Source: an uncultured Candidatus Saccharibacteria bacterium (GTDB lineage Bacteria > Patescibacteriota > Minisyncoccia > JACQLN01). Taken from it: a stretch of 64,000 nt of DNA. The DNA is taken from contig CAYIPG010000001.1 in assembly GCA_964365305.1 (NCBI GenBank), forward strand, positions 2,214 to 66,213. The letters are read 5' to 3'. The notes beneath the pieces were generated by a model that ran no database searches, had not been told where the DNA came from, and saw nothing but the letters and a program-made list of their open reading frames with translations. This document shows, piece by piece, positions 28,691 to 37,729 of the stretch (positions are counted from its first letter, which is position 1; the number at the start of each line of letters is the position of its first letter). A program made the position numbers and the translations under genes.

Positions 28691-29096
28691 TACCGTTAAC
28701 CACTTCTTCGTTATTTTGATTTATGATGACAGTTTCAATTTCTAATAAATAAACCGAATTAATCTTATTTTTTATCTTACCCCTAACAGTGACAGTTTCA
28801 CCAATAAAAACCGGCTTTTTAAAATTAATATTTTGCGATAAATACAAATTATGATTTTTAAAAAACTTGCCTACTAAGGTTGAAAAAAATGCCGCTAAAA
28901 GCATCCCATGCACGACAGGTTCTAAAAAATCCTTACTTTTAGCAAATTTTTTATCGCGATGAAGTAAATTTTTATCTCCCGATAGAGAAATAAAATCCAT
29001 TACCTTGTTTTTACTAATAGTCGTTTTGAAAAACGCGACATCCCCGACTTTTATTTTTTCCCAAATATCTTTCTGGGGTATTTTTTTAACATACAT
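28668..29096 (-). CDS. MaoC-like hotdog-fold dehydratase/hydratase.
   Basis: 142 aa. SGDKNLLHRDKKFAKSKDFLEPVVHGML resembles the MaoC/(R)-hydratase hotdog active-site region (D/H...H-G). Confidence 0.6.
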   Translation of the reverse strand: MYVKKIPQKDIWEKIKVGDVAFFKTTISKNKVMDFISLSGDKNLLHRDKKFAKSKDFLEPVVHGMLLAAFFSTLVGKFFKNHNLYLSQNINFKKPVFIGETVTVRGKIKNKINSVYLLEIETVIINQNNEEVVNGIAKVKYI

Positions 29097-29325
29097 ATTT
29101 TACATTATATTTATCTAAAACTTTTTTAATATCTCCCACATTTTTAACCGCCATAAGATCATCCATATCAAATCTGACACCACTAGCTTTTTCCAGCTCA
29201 ACCATCATCATTATAGCATTAAAAGAATCCCATGTTGGCGTGTTGGTTGGAGAAATTTCATCATTTATTTTGTTGCTGGGGATTTCCAATATTTTTGCCA
29301 GTATATCGTATAATTTTTCTTTCAT
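29086..29325 (-). CDS. Acyl/peptidyl carrier protein (DltC/ACP-like).
   Basis: 79 aa. WDSFNAIMMMVELE contains the phosphopantetheine-attachment Ser in a DS(L/F) context followed by the helix-II acidic patch. Confidence 0.7.
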   Translation of the reverse strand: MKEKLYDILAKILEIPSNKINDEISPTNTPTWDSFNAIMMMVELEKASGVRFDMDDLMAVKNVGDIKKVLDKYNVKYVC

Positions 29326-29327
29326 AT

Positions 29328-31115
29328 TTAATGTTTATTGATTTCTATAAAACCATATTGATTAAACACATAATCATCCAAATCACGCTCCCAAATGTCT
29401 TCAGTTTCGGATGATTTTATTTTATGGAAATTAAAAATTTTATAAAAATCTTTAACCTGATTGTTTTTTAGCGTTGGTTTGTAACAGGCGCGTACTTTTT
29501 TCGGGTTTAATTTCTTAAGCTCGCTTAAGATAAACCCAAAAAACTGCTCTTCTACTTTCTTCCCCAAAACCCTACAACTAAGCAACATGGAATCTATCTC
29601 CCACCTATCCGGCATATCTTTGACCATACAAAATCCGGTAATACCGTATTCTCCAAATTTATCAACAACATCTAGCGCCCAAAGTTTATGGCCTGATTCA
29701 ATAAATTTTTTGATATCATCTTCTTGATAACGATGTGTGGTTAAATTAAATTGGTTTGTTTTTTGTGTTAATTGAGCGCTGCGCGGTATCAAAAAATCAT
29801 CAACTGCTTTTATCGAAATACATAAATTTAAATTATTTAAAAAAGTATCTAAATCTATAATTGCATCTTTATATTCTATTCTTTGTTTTTCTTGTAAATA
29901 CATCGCGCTCCGTTTCTTATCCTCTCCAGTAAACTCAAATGTATTGAATCCTTTATAATCCAGCAGAGTTTGGATATATTTCGTTGAATCGGTGGGCAAG
30001 TCCAAAACTGTGACATCCGGCAATGTTTGTTTTATTAACTCGCGGTTAGTCAGATCGTCATCAATAAACACCAAACTGTCCAAACCGACATTTAATTCTC
30101 TGGCTATTTCCTGCATATTCTTTGCTTTATTGTCCCAATTTATCTTGCTTACTATAATATCGTCTTTTCGCAAAACCATATACGGATGATGTAAAAATAC
30201 TTCTTCTACATCTTCTTGATTATTCTTGCTGTTAATCGCCAGCAATATGCCTCTTTTGCTTAAACTCAATAACAATTTCTGGAAATAATAAAACTGCTGC
30301 CCTTCGCCTGCTGGCGCTAATTTTATTCCGGCTAATCCATCTTCACCAATAACACCTCCCCATAATGTATTATCTAGATCAAGTACAATACATTTCTTCT
30401 TTTTGAAAGCCAGAGGCACAAGGTAAGATGTCAATTCTTCTGCTAACATTGGAATTGCTTCGGGAGATAATTTCATATCAGCCGTAAAAGAATATTTATC
30501 ATACCAAAAATCTTTTTTGCCTATGTATCCTAACCATTCATTAAAATTAAAAATGAAAACTTGTTTATCATTTTGATAAGTATTCAGTAAATTATTATTA
30601 TAGTCATCAATTATTCTATACCATCCATTATTGAGTTTGCTGTCAAAAATTCCAGTTACCGGCGGCCAAATTTTACTGGCATTGCTAATAATAATTTTTG
30701 CTTTAGTTTTACTTTTTATGTAACTTACAAGCTGTAATAATCCATCCTCCGTTTCATATTTAAATTTATTGAGTTCTTCATTAGTAATTTCATGGTGGCG
30801 ATATAAAATATCTTGATTTAAACCATGCAAATCGAGTAACAAAAAAATAATGTCTGGTTTAAATTCGTAAAGTTCACTACCCAGTATCTCTTGCTTCCAC
30901 TGTCCATATTTACCTTCGTAAACATCTAAAAAAATATCTTGAACAAATGATTTGGTTTTTAGGCATTCTGCCAATCCCTTAATAGTAAAGCTTGACAAAA
31001 GAGCTACATTTTTTGCTTCTTTATCTTTAGATATTTTATCAATTTCTTTGGCCCACCCAATGCATGATGCTATGGCATTTGACTCTAATTTTATTTTTTC
31101 TTTTGATATGTTCAT
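29328..31115 (-). CDS. FkbH-like HAD-superfamily (subfamily IIIC) protein, putative glyceryl-ACP-forming loading enzyme.
   Basis: 595 aa. The central CIVLDLDNTLWGG HAD motif I sits about 235 aa from the N-terminus with a downstream INSKNNQEDVEEVF (HAD IIIC). The C-terminal GNAT-like region (WEIDSMLLSCRVLGKKVEE) matches FkbH/OzmB-type domain order. Confidence 0.6.
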   Translation of the reverse strand: MNISKEKIKLESNAIASCIGWAKEIDKISKDKEAKNVALLSSFTIKGLAECLKTKSFVQDIFLDVYEGKYGQWKQEILGSELYEFKPDIIFLLLDLHGLNQDILYRHHEITNEELNKFKYETEDGLLQLVSYIKSKTKAKIIISNASKIWPPVTGIFDSKLNNGWYRIIDDYNNNLLNTYQNDKQVFIFNFNEWLGYIGKKDFWYDKYSFTADMKLSPEAIPMLAEELTSYLVPLAFKKKKCIVLDLDNTLWGGVIGEDGLAGIKLAPAGEGQQFYYFQKLLLSLSKRGILLAINSKNNQEDVEEVFLHHPYMVLRKDDIIVSKINWDNKAKNMQEIARELNVGLDSLVFIDDDLTNRELIKQTLPDVTVLDLPTDSTKYIQTLLDYKGFNTFEFTGEDKKRSAMYLQEKQRIEYKDAIIDLDTFLNNLNLCISIKAVDDFLIPRSAQLTQKTNQFNLTTHRYQEDDIKKFIESGHKLWALDVVDKFGEYGITGFCMVKDMPDRWEIDSMLLSCRVLGKKVEEQFFGFILSELKKLNPKKVRACYKPTLKNNQVKDFYKIFNFHKIKSSETEDIWERDLDDYVFNQYGFIEINKH

Positions 31116-31122
31116 ACTTAAA

Positions 31123-31461
31123 TTATCTCTTAAACGCTATAGCTATTCCAAAACTACTATCATGACTTATGCTTATTTGTATATCCTGTTTTGGCAAACC
31201 TTTTATTTTCACGCATGGCTGTCCACATACTTTATGCTTAATTTCAATTTGACCATGGTTATTTATTTCTTTTTTACCACATGCTTTAATCACAGCTTCT
31301 TTTGCGGCAAAAATTCCAGACAAATGTTCAGAAAATCTTACATTTGAAAAGCAATATTCCCATTCTTTCTTTGTATAAAATTTATCCCAAAATGGATAAT
31401 CTTTTTTCTTTATATTTTTAAACCTACTAATAGAGACAATATCTATTCCAATTCCAATCAT
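31123..31461 (-). CDS. acpS: Holo-ACP synthase (4'-phosphopantetheinyl transferase, AcpS type).
   Basis: 112 aa. MIGIGIDIVSISRF and AAKEAVIKA motifs of AcpS. Confidence 0.75.
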   Translation of the reverse strand: MIGIGIDIVSISRFKNIKKKDYPFWDKFYTKKEWEYCFSNVRFSEHLSGIFAAKEAVIKACGKKEINNHGQIEIKHKVCGQPCVKIKGLPKQDIQISISHDSSFGIAIAFKR

Positions 31462-31569
31462 AATTATTCCGCCTTAAAATAAACTACTTAACAATACCAT
31501 ACCATTATCAATCGGCTCTGTCAAAAAGCCAAGGTTTGGTTGCCATTCGTAGAAAAATATCTTGCTAAA

Positions 31570-32649
31570 CTAAAAAATTTTAATCTTTTTCCTAATATTT
31601 TTAATTATTGAACCCATGACTAAATAAAATCCAAATATGACTCCCATAAATATATAATTCCATCCAGCTCCATGCCATAAACCTATAAGCATAAAAGTAA
31701 TAAAGGTACTTGCATATATCCAGCTTTTTGTTTTGTTTTTCCGACTAAATACCAGGGGATAATAAAGATAATCTCTTAACCAAGTTGATAGTGAAATATG
31801 CCAGCGGCGCCAAAATTCTTCTATATTTCTTGAAAAGTAAGGATAGGAAAAATTTCTCATTAACTTAAAACCGAACAGTTTGGCCGTGCCAATCGCAATA
31901 TCAGAATATCCAGAAAAATCAGCATAAAGCTGGAAAGCAAAAAAGAAAGTGGCAATTAACAACTGATTGCCAGAAACATTTGATAAATTACTATATGTAT
32001 TATTTACAGCAATCGCTAACATGTCCGCTATAAATATTTTCTTAAAAAAACCCCATAGCATTTGCCGACAACCGTCAATAGCTTCTTCCATTTTAAATAC
32101 TCTTTCTCGCGCGAACTGCGTTAAAAAACTTTGCGCTCTATCTATTGGTCCAGCGATAAGTTGGGGAAAAAATGAAACAAATGCTAAAAACTCTGTAAAA
32201 TTACCGGCCGCAGGAATCTTGCGCCGATAAACATCAATGGCGTAACTTAATTCTTTAAAAGTATAAAAACTGATACCGACCGGTAAAATAATGTTAAGCG
32301 TAGTAACCGAAGTTAAAGCCATACCAGCAGACAAAAATAATCCCTGCAACGAACTAATAAAAAAGTTAAAGTATTTAAAAAAACCAAGGATGCCAAGGCT
32401 TGAAATTATAGTTATTGTTAAATAAATTTTGCGCCTTTGTGTATCGTCTGTGTTATGAATTTTCTTTCCCAAAAGAAAACTTATCGTGCTTGATATAAAA
32501 ATTAAAAATAGAAAACGCCAATCCCACCAACCATAAAAAATATAACTAACTATAAGAATAAATAAATTCTGCCTTGCTCTGTTCAATTTCCAGTAAATCA
32601 GGAAAACAAACGCTAAAAAAATTATAAATTCCAAAGAGTTAAAAAGCAT
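31570..32649 (-). CDS. MBOAT-family membrane-bound O-acyltransferase (DltB/AlgI-like).
   Basis: FWRRWHISLSTWLRDYLYYPL contains the invariant MBOAT His motif; multi-TM, 359 aa. Confidence 0.8.
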   Translation of the reverse strand: MLFNSLEFIIFLAFVFLIYWKLNRARQNLFILIVSYIFYGWWDWRFLFLIFISSTISFLLGKKIHNTDDTQRRKIYLTITIISSLGILGFFKYFNFFISSLQGLFLSAGMALTSVTTLNIILPVGISFYTFKELSYAIDVYRRKIPAAGNFTEFLAFVSFFPQLIAGPIDRAQSFLTQFARERVFKMEEAIDGCRQMLWGFFKKIFIADMLAIAVNNTYSNLSNVSGNQLLIATFFFAFQLYADFSGYSDIAIGTAKLFGFKLMRNFSYPYFSRNIEEFWRRWHISLSTWLRDYLYYPLVFSRKNKTKSWIYASTFITFMLIGLWHGAGWNYIFMGVIFGFYLVMGSIIKNIRKKIKIF

Positions 32650-32694
32650 TGTTTAAAATATAAAAATAATCTTGTGTTTCAAACAAATATGGCA

Positions 32695-34056
32695 TTATTG
32701 TAAAACCAGTTCGGATAACAAATCAGCTATCCTGGAAGCCGATTTACCATCCAGTTTCCCAATTTGTTCAACAACTAAACTATTACGCCCAGACCTATCC
32801 AGGCCAGAATCATTAAGATATATATTGATAGTGCGTATCATTTCGTCTGGGTCTTTAGCAACAAAACAAGCCCCAGTTTTAAGCATTTTCTTGGTATGCT
32901 CATAATATTCCGCAAAACGCGATACGCTTCCAAAAACAGGCTTTTGCTCTTGTCCGTCAAAAGATACCAGAACAATAGGTCTATCAAGCGCTGCCGCGTC
33001 AAGAACCAAACTGGAAGCATAAATAACAACCAAATCGCTATGATATAACGAATCAGCTAACGGTAAATCTTCATCCATGGTAACCTCCCAATCTGAATAA
33101 ATATCTTTTCTAAATGGAATGCCTGGTTTATATATAAAAAAATTATTATCCGGAGTAAAACCATCGAAAGAAACATAATCATTCGGCGGTAATCTTACTA
33201 AAAACTTAACACTGCCTGGTATTTTTTTATCCAAAAGAGACCTTTTCAATATATCCAGTAGCTGCCCATCTGTGTTGGCAAAACGCCGGCCAAGCGGACC
33301 GACAAAAATTAATCTGTCTGAAGGATTAAAACCAAGCTTTTTCAAAAAAATGTCTCTAGAACAATATTCTCTCCTGACATAATGATCCAGCTGAGGCAAT
33401 CCTGACACAAAAATGTTCCCCTCTTTCATGTCTTCATGCTCTAATGCCTCTTTTTTAATAACATTGTTTTGAACTATAAGTTTATCCGGCTTAATTCTAA
33501 AAAGGCCTTTGTTGGTAATGTTATCCCAAGATCTAACCATACCTACAGTTAGCACACCGCTTTTTTTGCTTGCGGCCAAAAGATAAACATCCATGTCATG
33601 AAAAATATCAGTGGAAAATAATAAAAATGGAGAATATTTGTTTAAATATTTCTCCATCAAACCGATATCCATAAAAATAAGATCCAACCAACGAACAAAC
33701 TTCTTAACAAAACCAAAATTGCCAAAAAACTTACCCAATATCCTTGAAAAATAAAAATGGATTGCGTTTTGGTCGGAAAGATACTTTTTCTTTTGATGAA
33801 AAAAACGAGTTGTGGTGTTTACTAATGACCCGCCCAGGTATCTAAATAAAATATCTTTTCTGCTTAATTTTAAACTCGGTATTCCTTCTATGACTATATT
33901 TCCAAACTCAAATTTTTTCTTAAAATATTCTTCCTTATAGTCCGGCACCAATACAACCACCCTAATTCCGCTATTGACCAATAAACTAGCGATCCCGGTT
34001 TCCAAAATATTTCTAGATATAAAAGGATTAAAACTTGTAATAAATATTGTTTTCAC
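32695..34056 (-). CDS. TagF-like CDP-alditol phosphotransferase family GT-B protein (paralog 2).
   Basis: LIFVGPLGRRF and DLVVIYASSLVLDAAALDRPIVLVSFD motifs. Overall colinear with the 24772, 41207 and 49603 proteins. Confidence 0.5.
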   Translation of the reverse strand: MKTIFITSFNPFISRNILETGIASLLVNSGIRVVVLVPDYKEEYFKKKFEFGNIVIEGIPSLKLSRKDILFRYLGGSLVNTTTRFFHQKKKYLSDQNAIHFYFSRILGKFFGNFGFVKKFVRWLDLIFMDIGLMEKYLNKYSPFLLFSTDIFHDMDVYLLAASKKSGVLTVGMVRSWDNITNKGLFRIKPDKLIVQNNVIKKEALEHEDMKEGNIFVSGLPQLDHYVRREYCSRDIFLKKLGFNPSDRLIFVGPLGRRFANTDGQLLDILKRSLLDKKIPGSVKFLVRLPPNDYVSFDGFTPDNNFFIYKPGIPFRKDIYSDWEVTMDEDLPLADSLYHSDLVVIYASSLVLDAAALDRPIVLVSFDGQEQKPVFGSVSRFAEYYEHTKKMLKTGACFVAKDPDEMIRTINIYLNDSGLDRSGRNSLVVEQIGKLDGKSASRIADLLSELVLQ

Positions 34057-36014
34057 GGTTTCGTTATTTTATAAATTTCCACTAAAGAGTTACGATAAAC
34101 CAAACTCAAATTTTTATCCGCCGCTAGATTAATCCGACTGCCCAATTGCCTTTCCCATGGGCCAAAATAGACATAATCAGACGGCATATTGCTTATAACG
34201 CCTATCGAGGTGCTATTATAACGCTCTGTAAGTTCGTCTATTTTGCCCATCGGCAAGCCGGTTTTGCCGTCAAAATACTCCGCGAATGTTTTTTTAAATC
34301 CATCTCCATAAAGTTGAAACTGTGTTTTATTCAAATTAATACTCATATCCGGGAAACAGCCGGCATCAAAACAATTTTGAGGCGCTTTACCTTCCAGTTG
34401 CTGTCTAAAAAGATCAGATGGGACATTGAATAGTTTCCGAGCTATAAGCAGCCGTTCTTCCAATTCAAAATTAGAAGCCAAAGAAAGATGCGCCCGAGGT
34501 AAGAAGGGGCGGGCCGAAGTATATGCCATTAAATAGATGGAGGTTACATAGGAAGGTGAAATAATTTTGGGTTCTGGCTCAAGATTATGATTAATCCAAT
34601 CCCAAGAATCAACAACTTCATTGGAGAATTTATAGTAAAGCAAGGTTTCTTTATTGGGACTTTTCCATAAAGAGACGGTGTTTATGGCGTATTTGGAAAA
34701 AACTAGCAGACCTAGCACAGCTACTCCAATTTTTATTACCTTCTTTATTCTAAACGAATTTCTAAAACTATAAATCCAATCAAACAACAGCGTTATCCAT
34801 ATAATATAAAGAGTAACCGCCACAGGATAACGCCATTTGCTTGGCACCGTTGACTGCCCGATAAACAGCTGTAAATTCCACACCAATATAGCCGCTATTA
34901 TAAATCCAAAAAACAATAAACCTTTTTTATATTTATTTGTGAATTTGCCATCAGCAACCACGGTGTTTCTAAAGTATGTCGCCCCAATAGCCAAAATGGT
35001 TATAAAATAAAACAAATAATCCAATAGGTTCTTTTTATGAAACCCCCAGTCCCGGCCGGTCAGCACCGCCGAGCGATAAGATATGTCTTCAGCGTCCGGC
35101 AACGCCTTAAACATGAAATAATTGATAAAATAGGGCAACAATAGAATACCAAAAACAACAAAAAGAACTCCGAAATTTTTAAGCAGTTGCCGGTCTTTCG
35201 GATAAAACAGCGCCGCGGCTATGGCCATAACAGCCATGACCGCTGTCCAATATATCCAAGTGGTAAAATAAATATAGGCCAATAGCGCCGCCGGCAAAGC
35301 CGCCGCTACGGCAAGAGAATATTTCGGCTTCATCCAAAACCGGATAAAAGTAATTATCGCCGTAAGATAAAATGGATAGACCAGTAAAGGATGGTCAATT
35401 CTGGCTATACGAAGTTTATCAATCTGGGTTCTGATGATTGGAATAAACTGCTTGAAGGTATAATCAAACAGTGTTTTGAGATCATTGCGGAAATCAAATG
35501 AAAAGACATTGGGAAGAATCGGGGTTAAAGCGCCGGTTGCGGCAAAAAATAATGACCAGCTTTTGGATTTGAACAACAACCGTCCAACTATATAAAGAAA
35601 AACAAATATAACCGCCGAGAATAAGAATTGAATAAATAAATATGCTGATGTAACATCGCCCTTAAAAAGAGTTATGGCCAACCCGAATACCAAAGAAGGC
35701 AGGGCGTTGCGGGGAGACGGCCTTTGTTGGTCCAAAGAAAGTTCGGTTGGAGGAAAATGCCCGTCATATACTTCCCGAGCCCGTGGCACATACATATAAA
35801 GCTCGTCGCGGTAGGTTTTTAGTTGAGCCAATACAAACCTATCTTCATGAATATTAAAATAATCCCTAATGGCTAAAGGCGGACCAATAAATAAAAAACC
35901 CACCGCGGCCGCGGCGCAGCTAATCAAAAGGAATTCCTTTCTTGAAAATCTTGAAAACAAATTGGCTATTTTATTTGTTGCGTAACCGAAAATCACCCTT
36001 AAACTGTTTTTCAT
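34053..36014 (-). CDS. Large polytopic membrane protein of unknown family (paralog B).
   Basis: 653 aa. Shares YVPRAREVYDGHFPP and the C-terminus ...LVEIYKI with the 22833-24710 protein. The 5' end overlaps the RmlB-like gene by 44 nt, so the true start may be an internal Met. Confidence 0.4.
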   Translation of the reverse strand: MKNSLRVIFGYATNKIANLFSRFSRKEFLLISCAAAAVGFLFIGPPLAIRDYFNIHEDRFVLAQLKTYRDELYMYVPRAREVYDGHFPPTELSLDQQRPSPRNALPSLVFGLAITLFKGDVTSAYLFIQFLFSAVIFVFLYIVGRLLFKSKSWSLFFAATGALTPILPNVFSFDFRNDLKTLFDYTFKQFIPIIRTQIDKLRIARIDHPLLVYPFYLTAIITFIRFWMKPKYSLAVAAALPAALLAYIYFTTWIYWTAVMAVMAIAAALFYPKDRQLLKNFGVLFVVFGILLLPYFINYFMFKALPDAEDISYRSAVLTGRDWGFHKKNLLDYLFYFITILAIGATYFRNTVVADGKFTNKYKKGLLFFGFIIAAILVWNLQLFIGQSTVPSKWRYPVAVTLYIIWITLLFDWIYSFRNSFRIKKVIKIGVAVLGLLVFSKYAINTVSLWKSPNKETLLYYKFSNEVVDSWDWINHNLEPEPKIISPSYVTSIYLMAYTSARPFLPRAHLSLASNFELEERLLIARKLFNVPSDLFRQQLEGKAPQNCFDAGCFPDMSINLNKTQFQLYGDGFKKTFAEYFDGKTGLPMGKIDELTERYNSTSIGVISNMPSDYVYFGPWERQLGSRINLAADKNLSLVYRNSLVEIYKITKP

Positions 36015-37035
36015 AATGGTTACGAAATTCTCGTTGAGATTTAATTTTTTGCCACCAACCCTTATTATCCAAATACCACTTTACTAGATCTTTTAACGAG
36101 TTATCAAATGAAATACTGCATTTCCAGCCAAGTTCCTTTTTAATCTTGGCGGAGTTGGGGGAGTAACGGGCATCAGAATAAGGACGGTCATTGATATATT
36201 TTATGTACTTTTCCGGCTTAACTCCCAATGTCTTGGCTAACAAGTAGATAACTTCCAAATTGCTTTTTTCCTCGCCATTAATGTTATAAATTTTAAAGTC
36301 CTCGGCTTTATGAATCATCACATCCACGGCCTTGCAAAAATCCAAAACATGCACCCAACTGCGAATTTGCTTGCCATCGCCGTGTATTGGAATTTTTTTG
36401 CCTTCAATAATACTGGTTATAATTACCGGAATTAATTTTTCCGGATATTGATAAGGCCCAAAATTATTAGAACTCCGAATAATCAAAGCCGGTGTCTTGT
36501 GTGTTTTTATGTAGGCCTGAACCATCACATCCGCCGCCGCCTTAGAAGCGGCATAGGGATTAGTCGGGCTAATCGGGTGGGACTCGGATGTTTTAACCCC
36601 CAACGGCACATCGCCATAAATTTCATCAGTGGAAATATAAACAAAGCGAGGCACCTTGCGCCGATGCGCGGCATCTAACAAAACATGAGCGGCCTTTATA
36701 TTGGTATCAATAAACCGGGAAGAATCAATAATAGAGCGATCCACATGGCTTTCGGCCGCAAAATTTATAACGACATCAAATTTATATTTTTTTAGAACCC
36801 TATTTATTAATTTACTATCGCCAATATCTCCGTGAATAAAATTATAACGCTTACTGGAATCCAAATCCGATAAATTATCCTTGTTGCCGGCATAGGTCAG
36901 CAAATCCAAATTAGCCAAATAATAATTTGGATACTTGTTATGCAAATATCGAACAAAATTAGAGCCCATAAAACCACTACCACCGCATATTAATATTTTT
37001 TTAGATATCTTCATAAACCAATCATATTTCAACAA
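35971..37035 (-). CDS. rfbB: dTDP-glucose 4,6-dehydratase-like (RmlB-type extended SDR).
   Basis: ILICGGSGFMGSNFV, DLLTYAGN (cf. DKLTYAGN) and YISTDEIYGD motifs. Confidence 0.75.
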   Translation of the reverse strand: MLKYDWFMKISKKILICGGSGFMGSNFVRYLHNKYPNYYLANLDLLTYAGNKDNLSDLDSSKRYNFIHGDIGDSKLINRVLKKYKFDVVINFAAESHVDRSIIDSSRFIDTNIKAAHVLLDAAHRRKVPRFVYISTDEIYGDVPLGVKTSESHPISPTNPYAASKAAADVMVQAYIKTHKTPALIIRSSNNFGPYQYPEKLIPVIITSIIEGKKIPIHGDGKQIRSWVHVLDFCKAVDVMIHKAEDFKIYNINGEEKSNLEVIYLLAKTLGVKPEKYIKYINDRPYSDARYSPNSAKIKKELGWKCSISFDNSLKDLVKWYLDNKGWWQKIKSQREFRNHYEKQFKGDFRLRNK

Positions 37036-37045
37036 TTAAACTGGA

Positions 37046-37729
37046 TTAACCAATAAAACGATACTTGATAGTGGTCCATAATATTATAAGGCCATGCTTC
37101 ATGTTGATTTTCTTGCCTTCTTTATAACTTCTGGGGTTATATTTAATCGGCACTTCCACGCTTTTGTAACCGCGTCCCCAGGCCTTGCAAACAAGTTCTG
37201 TGTCAAAATCAAAATCATCGGTCTTAACTTCAATGGCATCCGTCACCCTCTTGGAAAAAACTTTGTAACCACCCAGATATTCCTTAGCCCTGCGACCATA
37301 AAATAAGTTTGTTGTCCAAGTGATGAGATTATTACCAAGAAGATTTATTTGGTATACCGACCCAAACTTAGGCACATCCCGAACTCCCAAAACCATATCT
37401 ACTTTACCATCTATTATTGGCTTCATTAAGGCAGGATAATCTGTGGGACTGTATTCTAGATCAGCGTCTTGGATTATCATCATATCCCCGGTGGCAACTT
37501 TTAAGCCAGTTTTCATAGCACCGCCTTTGCCTTTGTTTTTCTCGTGATAAATAACCTTACAACTATCCTCCAGACCCTTTAAGATATCTCGCGTGCCATC
37601 GGTTGAGCCATCGTCCACAATAATAATTTCCTTTTCAATCAACCCCAAGTCAACGGCTTTAACCGTGTCAACAACCTGCTGAATTGTATTCTTCTCATTA
37701 AACGCGCAAATAATTATTGATAATTTCAT
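37046..37729 (-). CDS. Family-2 glycosyltransferase, polyprenyl-phosphate sugar synthase type (GtrB/ArnC/DPM1-like).
   Basis: LSIIICAFNE...IIVDDGSTDGT...QDAD motifs; 227 aa with no C-terminal TM domain. Confidence 0.75.
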   Translation of the reverse strand: MKLSIIICAFNEKNTIQQVVDTVKAVDLGLIEKEIIIVDDGSTDGTRDILKGLEDSCKVIYHEKNKGKGGAMKTGLKVATGDMMIIQDADLEYSPTDYPALMKPIIDGKVDMVLGVRDVPKFGSVYQINLLGNNLITWTTNLFYGRRAKEYLGGYKVFSKRVTDAIEVKTDDFDFDTELVCKAWGRGYKSVEVPIKYNPRSYKEGKKINMKHGLIILWTTIKYRFIG

